Shown: positions 56,771-64,000 of the stretch, piece after piece
Layout: every line of letters starts with the position of its first letter
Numbering within the stretch: position 1 is the first letter of the stretch
Origin: an uncultured virus (IMG/VR IMGVR_UViG_3300028809_000010)
Taxonomy: Duplodnaviria > Heunggongvirae > Uroviricota > Caudoviricetes
Length of the DNA stretch: 64,000 bases
IMG/VR virus record: IMGVR_UViG_3300028809_000010
Direction: 5' to 3' (one strand)
Program-made: the position numbers and the translations under genes
Notes under the pieces: generated by a model
The model's database searches: none
What the model was told of the DNA's origin: nothing
Seen by the model: the letters and a program-made list of their open reading frames with translations, nothing else

Positions 56771-57376
56771 ATGCCGACCGTTGGACAGATCATTGCCTCG
56801 CGCCGCAAGCAACTCGGATTGAGTCAACCGGAGCTCGCCAAGCTGGTCGGCATATCAGAACGCCAGGTCAGCCGCTACGAGACCGACGATCAGAAGCTCA
56901 GCTTCGAAGGCGCGATAGCCATGTCCGACGCCTTGCAGATCAGCCTCGGAGAGCTCGCTGGACAGCTGGCAATGGGGGTTGACCTCGGAGGGCCCTGGCA
57001 CGCGTGCTGGCAGACAACTCGCGAGGGTCTGGAGCAGATCAACCGCCATCAGGTCTCGGTGACGCACACAACGGATTTCGTGACGCTGCGCGCTGGTGGC
57101 GACTACTCGTGGGCTGCGGAATTCCGGGTGGTAGACGACACGATGGGCGGCAGGTACTCAGCCCTCGAGCGCAACGAAAGGTCCTTGGGGCAGATGTTCT
57201 TCCACATACACCCCAACGGCGACGCCGCGATCGGGCGCTGGACAGGCCGCTGGGTGGACGGGATCGTCGGTGACGGTTGGGGAACTCTTGCCCGCACAGC
57301 TAGTCGGGCGGATAGACTCATGGGACTGGTACGCGATCTGCCCTATCTGACTGCCTGGCCCCTGGAGGACTCGTGA
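56771..57376 (+). CDS. XRE HTH regulator with C-terminal beta-rich domain
   Basis: RRKQLGLSQPELAKLVGISERQVSRYE; DLGGPWHACWQ...GRWTG. Confidence 0.8.
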   Translation: MPTVGQIIASRRKQLGLSQPELAKLVGISERQVSRYETDDQKLSFEGAIAMSDALQISLGELAGQLAMGVDLGGPWHACWQTTREGLEQINRHQVSVTHTTDFVTLRAGGDYSWAAEFRVVDDTMGGRYSALERNERSLGQMFFHIHPNGDAAIGRWTGRWVDGIVGDGWGTLARTASRADRLMGLVRDLPYLTAWPLEDS

Positions 57377-57660
57377 GGATCTACGCACCGTTCGATCGCG
57401 AAGAGACTTGGCACAGGACTAGTGCTGACGGCGTCGATGTCACCTGGAAGATAGCCGGTGGGGAAGCTCGGGTGATGTTCGTCCAGCCCGGCGATCACTG
57501 CTTCCCCGCCGACGCCTACCCCACCCTGACCGAGGCGAGGGAGCGCTTACCCGAGTTCGGTCACCACTGGGACCTGATTCACCAGGAGCTCGTCGACAAT
57601 CTCGGCTCCCCGTCGTCGGCGACACGCCAGCACGCGGAGTTCTTCAGCCTGCCGCACTGA
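57373..57660 (+). CDS. Hypothetical protein coupled to the XRE regulator
   Basis: GTGA overlap; GGAGGA RBS. Confidence 0.6.
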   Translation: MRIYAPFDREETWHRTSADGVDVTWKIAGGEARVMFVQPGDHCFPADAYPTLTEARERLPEFGHHWDLIHQELVDNLGSPSSATRQHAEFFSLPH

Positions 57661-57672
57661 CCCCCCCACGAG

Positions 57673-57714
57673 AGAAGCCCCCACCTGGAGTCGCATCCGG
57701 GTCGGGGGCTTCTG
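57673..57714. terminator. Bidirectional terminator
   Basis: AGAAGCCCCC...GGGGGCTTCT. Confidence 0.65.
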
Positions 57715-57781
57715 TGCTCTGCTAGGGCCTTAGGTCACCTACTGTTGAGTACATCCTAAATTGAAGGACAAGAGTTCCGGT

Positions 57782-58204
57782 TTAGTCGCGCATCCCTTCG
57801 ATCAGGCGGAGCTGCATGTCGGCGGCCTGATCGGTGAGCTCGGTGAGGGCTTCGTGGACGTCGGGAGGTAGTTCCACGGGTCGGGTGAGGCGTCGCAGCA
57901 GCTCGATCTGGGTGAGCATGGCCTTGACTTCGCTGGGGAGTCCCTGGCCGGGCTTCGGTGTACTGGGTGGCTCAAAGCCCTGTGCCAGGCGTTCCACAGT
58001 CCCTTCGGGCCACTTGAGCCCCTTGTCGAGTTTGCGCAGCGTGCCGGTCTGGGTCTTCTCGCTCAGGCGCCCGGCCTCGATGTTGATGATCGTGGGCTCA
58101 CTAGCCTCCCCACGCTCCGCGACCTCTTTCTGGGTTAGCCCGAGCTCATCCCGACGAGCGCGCACATGACGTGCGACATGGTCTGCGTACGGGTGCGAGT
58201 TCAT
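57782..58204 (-). CDS. Immunity repressor (XRE HTH)
   Basis: VRARRDELGLTQKEVAE...TIINIEAG...LDKGLKWPEG; divergent from Cro. Confidence 0.85.
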   Translation of the reverse strand: MNSHPYADHVARHVRARRDELGLTQKEVAERGEASEPTIINIEAGRLSEKTQTGTLRKLDKGLKWPEGTVERLAQGFEPPSTPKPGQGLPSEVKAMLTQIELLRRLTRPVELPPDVHEALTELTDQAADMQLRLIEGMRD

Positions 58205-58376
58205 ACACAGATCATGCCGTGTATAACTTTTTGAGGCAAGAGGCGATGCCCATGTCCGCCGGATGTCCCCTCTGACCTGGGAGTTTGCGACTTCTTAGCT
58301 GCGACTAAAAAGTTCCTAAAAAATACATGCCCGCTAGGTCTTGGCAACTAAAGACTGCTTGTGATGTAGTTCATAT
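58205..58376. promoter_or_regulatory. Divergent repressor/Cro promoters, probably leaderless
   Basis: Minus strand TTGCCT-17-CATGAT-6-ATG; plus strand TTGGCA-18-TGTAGT-6-ATG; AAAAAGTT/CTAAA-type boxes. Confidence 0.6.
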
Positions 58377-58613
58377 ATGCAACGACCGATTCGCACCAAT
58401 GGCACACAGATTCCTGTACCGATTGAGTGGGTACGGAAGCACATGAATCTCACCCAGAAGGAGCTATACGACCTGCTCCAACAGATGGGGGTCGAGTGTT
58501 CGCTATCGACGTTGTCCCACGTAGAGACCGGCAAGAGAGACTTCTCCGCTGAGATGGCCCGCAACGTCGGCACCGCGATCTCCAGGATCATCGCCCAGCG
58601 GGAGCAGTCGTGA
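58377..58613 (+). CDS. Cro-like HTH protein
   Basis: RKHMNLTQKEL...STLSHVETGKR. Confidence 0.8.
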   Translation: MQRPIRTNGTQIPVPIEWVRKHMNLTQKELYDLLQQMGVECSLSTLSHVETGKRDFSAEMARNVGTAISRIIAQREQS

Positions 58614-58806
58614 TCACCCCCGAAGTAGTAGCCGACAAGGCTCGCAAGCTGGGTCCGATGCCAGCCCATATCGAGCACCTTCTGCTCTCTCGCTTCTCAG
58701 AAGCTATCTGCCAGCAATTCGAAGCTGGAGAATCCGTCAATACCCCTGCCGCATAAGCGGTTTCGCCTCCACGGCTGGTCCGTCGAGCCACCCTGTACCC
58801 GTCTTT

Positions 58807-58863
58807 GCCTCCAGCGGCTATGCAGCGGTGATCGCGCCTGGGTTCGAGTCCCGGGGGAGGCCC
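58807..58863 (+). ncRNA. Mini tRNA-like element (acceptor plus T arm)
   Basis: GCCTCC/GGAGGC closing CTGGG-TTCGAGT-CCCGG. Confidence 0.5.
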
Positions 58864-59105
58864 TAAATCCAACGGCTACGGCTGGTTGGCGTGCGCAAGC
58901 ACGGGTTCGGCAGCACCTTGGCAGCTGCACGGTTCGACCCACACCTACAAACGCGAGCTCCGGTTCGTGGAAGTGGGTCACCTTAACGTGCATGTATGCG
59001 AATACGTGCATGAGATGTGGGCGTATACGGGAGGCCCGACAGTCCCGGTAAGACCAACGGCCACCTACACCTTCGTGACGCGAAGAGGTAAGGCCCACAT
59101 CCCCT
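58864..59105 (+). ncRNA. Structured non-coding RNA of unknown class
   Basis: Consecutive hairpins with two UNCG and two GNRA tetraloops, plus a 9-bp long-range stem. Confidence 0.6.
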
Positions 59106-59188
59106 GGACCGGTAGCTCAACGGAAGAGCACTGCCGCGCGGATCAACAGGTACAGAAGACGCAGGTTCGAATCCTGCCCGGTCCCCCA
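59106..59188 (+). ncRNA. tRNA-like RNA with canonical acceptor, D and T arms and CCA but an enlarged anticodon loop
   Basis: GGACCGG/CCGGTCC-C-CCA, TAGCTCAACGGAAGAGC, GCAGG-TTCGAAT-CCTGC; about 13-nt loop. Confidence 0.75.
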
Positions 59189-59343
59189 ATCCGATTCCAC
59201 CCCAACATCTTTCAAGGAGGCATCATGCCCAGACTCACCAGCCAACAGGTCGCCGACGTTCTGATGCGGCACAGCCGGTACTTCTCCCACTCCGGCTACG
59301 GCCAGGACCCCAATGTCAGCGCCCAGCTCGTCGAGGTTCTGCC

Positions 59344-59643
59344 GTGACGGCGTCGGTGGAGGACTTCGAGATGACCCGCCACGCCCTCGAGCGAGTTCAG
59401 GACATGCTGGTCACCCCGGAGGAGATCCGGCAGGCGATGCTGAACCCCATCAAGATCAAGCCTCACTACAGCCAGAAGCACGGCCTCGGTGAGTACTACT
59501 TCAGCGGGCGGATAGCACTGGTAGTCGTCACCGACGCCGAGACCCGTAAGCGCCGCGTCATCACCGTCGTCTGGCGGCGAGACCGGATGTGGGCCAAGGA
59601 CTTCCGGCAGTTCGGACCGTACGGCGACAGGGCCCCCCGATGA
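59344..59643 (+). CDS. DUF4258-like (RelE/BECR-fold) protein
   Basis: MTRHALERV...EIRQAMLNP...IALVV...VITV. Confidence 0.65.
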   Translation: MTASVEDFEMTRHALERVQDMLVTPEEIRQAMLNPIKIKPHYSQKHGLGEYYFSGRIALVVVTDAETRKRRVITVVWRRDRMWAKDFRQFGPYGDRAPR

Positions 59644-59945
59644 ACGAGGTCCGAGAGCTGCTCGAAAGCCTGCTGACGCATGAAGGCTGGATGACCCACG
59701 GTAAATGCCGGGGAGCCAATCCGGACCGTTACCTCTCCGACAAGCTCCCGCCGTTCCCCCCGGCCGCTCGCGAAGCCCGGCTGGAGGAGCTGTGCGGCGG
59801 CTGTCCGGTGAGGCGGCAATGCGCCGGATACGCCCTCCGCGTCGAACTGACCCAGGTCATCGTCTGCGGAATCCCCCTCACCGCACACCCCGACAAGGCC
59901 CAAAAGGATGCACTCAGGGCCATCAAGGACGGAAAGAAGCCTTGA
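59640..59945 (+). CDS. WhiB-family protein
   Basis: WMTHGKCRG...LCGGCPVRRQC...VIVCG. Confidence 0.85.
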   Translation: MNEVRELLESLLTHEGWMTHGKCRGANPDRYLSDKLPPFPPAAREARLEELCGGCPVRRQCAGYALRVELTQVIVCGIPLTAHPDKAQKDALRAIKDGKKP

Positions 59946-60355
59946 GTACAGACCCCGAAATCCACACCGAATCGGTCGAGCATCTGGACTTCGAAGTGAC
60001 GTGCTGCGGATGCGATAAGCCCGCCTCGGCATTGCTGTGCTGGCACGGCCACAACCCCGAATTCATCTGCCCGACCCATCACCGAATGGTCCGCGACAAG
60101 GGCGAAGGGGTTCTGGAACAGCTCGGCTCCATCTCCTGCGCGTGGTGCGGAAAGACCTTCCCGACTGTCGACGGATTCACAGAACCGAGGTACCTGAAAT
60201 GAACTTCAACCCCTACGAGCAGGTCGAATCACCGGCCGACGCTCGAGTATTCGCCAAGACGGTCCGGAGTCACTGGGTCGCTCTGGTCCAGGAGGGGTTC
60301 ACCGAGGACGAGGCGTTCCGCATCATTCGGGACCTGTTCGCCGCTAACCGAGGGG

Positions 60356-60874
60356 GTGAGTGAGGTGCTAGTGGCCTCCGGTTTCGTTGTCGGCGTCGGT
60401 CTCTGCTTCATCGCTGTAGCCATCTTCGGGTGGAAAGAGTCGCGAGCCGAGAAGAAGAAGCCCGACAACTTCGGTCGCCCTATCGCCGTCAAGCTCGACG
60501 CAAACCCGCATGACCGCCGCGCCGACGAACTCCGCCGAAAAGGTCTCGAGGCCGAGAACAAGGAACTCGAGGAAGAGGCCAGGCGGACCGCCTTGGAAAA
60601 GCTGGCGGAAGTGCCCGCATTCAAAAGCACTCGCTATTGCCCGAAGTGCGACAGTGAGGATCTGAATCGCCGCCATGACAAAGACTTCCGGCTCGGCTAC
60701 TTCAAGCGCGTCGAGGACCCAGCGACGCGGAGCGAATTCTTCATCTCTTCCCGCTACATCAAACTGCGCGGTGAAGTACTCGCCGTCAGCTGCAACGGCT
60801 GTGGTTTCGCGATCGGCCCCGAACGCACGGCCGACTTTAGCGACAAGATCCGGCTGGTCCGCGAGGGCTGGTGA
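60356..60874 (+). CDS. Membrane-anchored Zn-ribbon protein
   Basis: N-terminal TM; CPKC...CNGC. Confidence 0.6.
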   Translation: MSEVLVASGFVVGVGLCFIAVAIFGWKESRAEKKKPDNFGRPIAVKLDANPHDRRADELRRKGLEAENKELEEEARRTALEKLAEVPAFKSTRYCPKCDSEDLNRRHDKDFRLGYFKRVEDPATRSEFFISSRYIKLRGEVLAVSCNGCGFAIGPERTADFSDKIRLVREGW

Positions 60875-60885
60875 AAGGAATACCC

Positions 60886-61176
60886 ATGAACAGCAAAGAA
60901 GAACTGATCCGTCATCAATACAAGGTGCTGGCTCACGTGAAGTCCGAACGCAACCGTCTGAAAGAGATGGAGGCGGCAGCAAAGGAAGCCCTACTCGATC
61001 TGATCGGCGACGACTACACCGGTGTCTACGTGGCCCCTGACGGCGAGCTCCTGTTCCGTCGAGACTACTACGCCTCCAGCAACTTCGACATCAAAGCCTT
61101 CCGCGAGAAGCACCCGGAGCTGGCCGAGGAGTTCACCCGCCGCAGCTCCGCGTACAAGCTGACGATCGGGGAGTGA
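60886..61176 (+). CDS. Coiled-coil protein resembling the C-terminus of YqaJ-type proteins
   Basis: FDIKAFREKHPELAEEFTRRS. Confidence 0.55.
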   Translation: MNSKEELIRHQYKVLAHVKSERNRLKEMEAAAKEALLDLIGDDYTGVYVAPDGELLFRRDYYASSNFDIKAFREKHPELAEEFTRRSSAYKLTIGE

Positions 61177-61177
61177 C

Positions 61178-61546
61178 ATGGGCGACGTACTCGTGCTGAA
61201 AGCGGCGATCGACTACCAGATCACGATGTCCCTCGGTCAGATCGCGGGATTCACCTCGTCCACCCCGATGCTGGCAAAAGCGCGCACTGTCTATCTCGCG
61301 CTGCTGTCGGAGCTGTCGTCGATGGCCGAGATGGACGACCCCGCAACGCATCTCCAAGGAATGATCCGGCGCACCCGAGATGACCTGGAGGGCGTGGACA
61401 TCCCCAGCGAGGCCGAAATCGTCAGCCGGGGTACCGCCGCCGACTGGAACGACCTGCCTCGCTTCATCGCCGCCATCAAGGACACCTACGTCAAGTCGAT
61501 GGGCGCGATGCTCGTTTACGCCGGATACGAAGTCGAAACCGAATGA
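61178..61546 (+). CDS. Hypothetical protein
   Basis: GGGAG RBS; coupled ORF. Confidence 0.55.
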   Translation: MGDVLVLKAAIDYQITMSLGQIAGFTSSTPMLAKARTVYLALLSELSSMAEMDDPATHLQGMIRRTRDDLEGVDIPSEAEIVSRGTAADWNDLPRFIAAIKDTYVKSMGAMLVYAGYEVETE

Positions 61547-61757
61547 AGAACTACGCCGGTGTTTTTTGGAAGACCCGAAGTGGCATAGGCGTCTACATTC
61601 CCGAGCTTCATGCCTACACGGAAGTCCCGGCGAACGGCAATGTCGATGCCCGCGTCCGCGATCTGATCGTCCTGAACTGCCCGAAAGATTCGTGGTGGTC
61701 CTGGAATTCGACTTTCACCCTCCAGCGTCTCAACGAGCCCCCGAAAGGATTCATGCG

Positions 61758-62174
61758 ATGACCGACATCAACTGGCCGCTCATGACGGAAACCCTCGACC
61801 ACATCCACAAGAACCCGCACCTCTGGAACCAGGGGCTGTGGGCGTGTGGCACCCAGCGCTGCATCGCAGGCCACGCCGCCGAGCTGTCCGGCAAGATCCC
61901 AGCGGACCATGTCGTCGCGAGCGGCGGAATGATTCTCGAGCCCCGATGGCTGCACCGCATCGGCGAGGGGCTGTATCCGTCCGGCGCCGCTCACTCAGCC
62001 ATTGACAGCGGTGAGCTGAAGCGGCTGCACGTCGCCGAGGTCGCCCGCGAGGCTCTGGGCCTGCCCGACGAAGAGCTCTTCAACGGCGAGAACACCTGGG
62101 AAGACGTCATGGCCACGGTGTCGGAGTGGGCCGCCGAGGACGGAATCGACCTGCCGAAGGAGTGGTTCGCATGA
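61758..62174 (+). CDS. Actinophage hypothetical protein
   Basis: HI..NP..WNQ..W.CGT..CIAGHA...VAREALGL...LF. Confidence 0.6.
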   Translation: MTDINWPLMTETLDHIHKNPHLWNQGLWACGTQRCIAGHAAELSGKIPADHVVASGGMILEPRWLHRIGEGLYPSGAAHSAIDSGELKRLHVAEVAREALGLPDEELFNGENTWEDVMATVSEWAAEDGIDLPKEWFA

Positions 62175-62458
62175 CCCCGCTCGAGCAGCTGGTGGGGGCC
62201 CGGGAGCTTATCGCCGAGCACGGCTGGGTCAGGGGAAACTACGGGGACCGGAACGTCGGCTTCTGCGCGCTCGGAGCACTCCACGTGGCGAGCAAGAGCT
62301 GGACCAGCTGGGGCGCCCAGAACCTCCTGGTCAAGGCGGGTGGCGCTGGAGCTCTTGGCGTGATCAGCCACAACGACATCCACATCCAGTCCAAGCAGGA
62401 AGCCCTGGAGTGGTTCGACAAGGCGATCCGGCTGGCCCAGGCGGAGGTGGCGGCATGA
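62171..62458 (+). CDS. DUF6197-like protein (third paralogue)
   Basis: GWVRG...FCALGAL...HND...FDKAI. Confidence 0.65.
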   Translation: MTPLEQLVGARELIAEHGWVRGNYGDRNVGFCALGALHVASKSWTSWGAQNLLVKAGGAGALGVISHNDIHIQSKQEALEWFDKAIRLAQAEVAA

Positions 62459-62846
62459 GCGGGCGGATCAAGATCGTCAACGACCGCGTTCTTCTCGGCG
62501 GCGAGGAGCTGACCGAAACCGACGCCAGAGACCTGATTGCCGAGCTCGAGGTCACGCTCAGCCTTCTCGAGCAGTGGCGCTACGACAAGTGGCGGCGGGA
62601 GGTCCGGGAGCGCTACGGGCCGAAGGAGGTGACTGATGGCGCGTAAACGCAACGACCGCAAAGGAACCCGCCAGACCGAGGCACGGGAGCGGCAGCTGGC
62701 CAGGGATCTCCGTACCACCGAGGAGCAGCTGGACGAGCTCAATGTCCGCTCCGGCCTGGACCGCGATGCCTGCCGCGAACGTGCCCGCCTCTACCTGCGT
62801 TCGGAGCTGGAGGAGCTGCACTTCGAAGCATGGGAGGGAGCCCTCG

Positions 62847-63293
62847 ATGTCCATTCCTGACATGTCCTGGATGGATCGGGCCAGCTGCATCGGCCGGGCA
62901 GGGGAATTCGACGCAGAACGGCTCAACGATCTCGGCATCCGCAGCCGCCGGTATCAGGCTCAGCTCCTCTGCAATGGCTGCCCGGTCATGCGGCAATGCA
63001 ACCTCCAGGCCCAAGAGCAAGGCGCGCGAGGAGTGGTCCGGGGCGGTCGCACATACACCGACGACCGGGTCAGGCCCAAGGATGATCGCTGGACGTATCC
63101 GGTGCCGACGGCCAAGGTGCTCGACGACCGCCGGACCGAGCAGTACGAAGCCCGCTACACCCGGATCTCCTCGGCGAAGTGGGAAGTCGACGGCGAGGAG
63201 ATCCGGGCGGAGGAAGCGTTGGCAGCTGCCAGTCGGCGTCGCCCGTACAGCAGCCAAGCCGCTATCTACCGATACGCATTGGAGCAGCGATGA
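62847..63293 (+). CDS. WhiB-family protein
   Basis: WMDRASC...LCNGCPVMRQC...GVVRGG. Confidence 0.85.
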   Translation: MSIPDMSWMDRASCIGRAGEFDAERLNDLGIRSRRYQAQLLCNGCPVMRQCNLQAQEQGARGVVRGGRTYTDDRVRPKDDRWTYPVPTAKVLDDRRTEQYEARYTRISSAKWEVDGEEIRAEEALAAASRRRPYSSQAAIYRYALEQR

Positions 63294-63306
63294 GGGGCCT
63301 TCTCCG

Positions 63307-63720
63307 GTGAGGTATCAGGCCCTGTCCGGCGAGTGGCTGGAAGGGTCTCCGGTCGGCCCCGGTCCGAAAGCCAGGACTGTCTGGGTGATGCGGCCGGATC
63401 AGACCTTCGCTGTGGTACAGCCTGCGACCGGCGCCAACCACGGAACCGAAGTCGAGTGGGATCAGCCGCAGTTCCTCGAGCCGGTGCCCAGGCAGGTGGA
63501 GGACTTCGCCCGGGAGATCGTCGACCGCCACCGCGAACTGGTGCTGACCTTCCGGCAATGCGGCATCGAGACCACCCCGGCCGGACCGGAATACGAAGCG
63601 GCCGTAGCCATTCTGAAGCAAGCCGAAGCCGCCAGGGCCAGCCGGACCCCGTTCATCAACGCCCACGGCGGCAACAAAGCCATATCCGACAAACGATTCA
63701 AAGAGCTATCAGGAGAGTGA
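63307..63720 (+). CDS. Hypothetical protein
   Basis: ORF follows WhiB; start uncertain. Confidence 0.5.
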   Translation: MRYQALSGEWLEGSPVGPGPKARTVWVMRPDQTFAVVQPATGANHGTEVEWDQPQFLEPVPRQVEDFAREIVDRHRELVLTFRQCGIETTPAGPEYEAAVAILKQAEAARASRTPFINAHGGNKAISDKRFKELSGE

Positions 63721-63721
63721 C

Positions 63722-63979
63722 ATGAGCAAATTCGAACTCGTCGCCGAACTTCCCTCGAAGGGTCCGCGCGGCCGTAAGCCCGATCCGCTGCTGCTGGAGT
63801 TCGCCGACTTCCTCCGCGAGAACAAGGGCCAGTGGGGCAAGTGGCCGATCGACCACAAACCGTCGACACTGGCGACCCGGGTCAACCGCATCAACAAAGG
63901 TCGAGATCCGATCTTCTACGCCGAGGAGTTCGAAGCGACCGTGCGTAACGGCGTGCTGTACGTGAGGACGCTGGCGTGA
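63722..63979 (+). CDS. Small putative DNA-binding protein
   Basis: AGGAG RBS; LP..GRK...LRENKGQW...FEATVR...YVR. Confidence 0.6.
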   Translation: MSKFELVAELPSKGPRGRKPDPLLLEFADFLRENKGQWGKWPIDHKPSTLATRVNRINKGRDPIFYAEEFEATVRNGVLYVRTLA

Positions 63980-64000
63980 GCGAGACACTGCGGAACCTGC

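Larger units (their letters stand above)
1..64000. mobile_element. Temperate actinobacteriophage (siphovirus) genome segment, probably non-integrated and circularly permuted
   Basis: Terminase-portal-capsid-tail-lysis gene order, serine integrase with apparently intact attP, repressor/Cro pair, tRNAs, no host housekeeping genes. Confidence 0.95.

Noticed and set aside
58886..59220. N-terminal part of ORF 58886-59347
   Set aside because: It runs through tetraloop hairpins and a tRNA-like gene; only the RBS-led end (MPRLTSQ) looks coding.

Overview
The whole window is a high-GC actinobacterial temperate siphovirus sequence with no recognisable host genes. LGFP repeats, a secreted cutinase-like esterase and three WhiB genes suggest a mycolic-acid host such as Rhodococcus, Nocardia or Gordonia; this is inference. 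Layout: (1-16 kb) rightward replication and accessory genes (RNA ligase, dATP/dGTP diphosphohydrolase, WhiB, primase-polymerase/helicase, Endo VII, phosphoesterase). (16-21.4 kb) A leftward array of small genes joined by start-associated repeats. (21.4-22.5 kb) An AT-richer non-coding tract, possibly the genome terminus. (22.5-25 kb) A serine integrase, an apparently intact 50-bp attP and a divergent integrase paralogue with no catalytic domain. (25-28 kb) An esterase, a mini terminase-like gene and a tRNA cluster. (28-53.4 kb) Virion and lysis genes. (53.5-64 kb) An operator-controlled operon, the repressor/Cro switch, a structured non-coding region and early genes. The most unusual observations are: a 51-nt in-frame hairpin insertion with a UGA that splits a minor tail gene; several catalytically stripped mini-paralogues of the phage's own proteins (terminase ATPase, tail tube, integrase); and tetraloop-rich candidate ncRNAs flanked by aberrant tRNA-like elements. 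All calls were made by eye; no database searches or folding programs were run.
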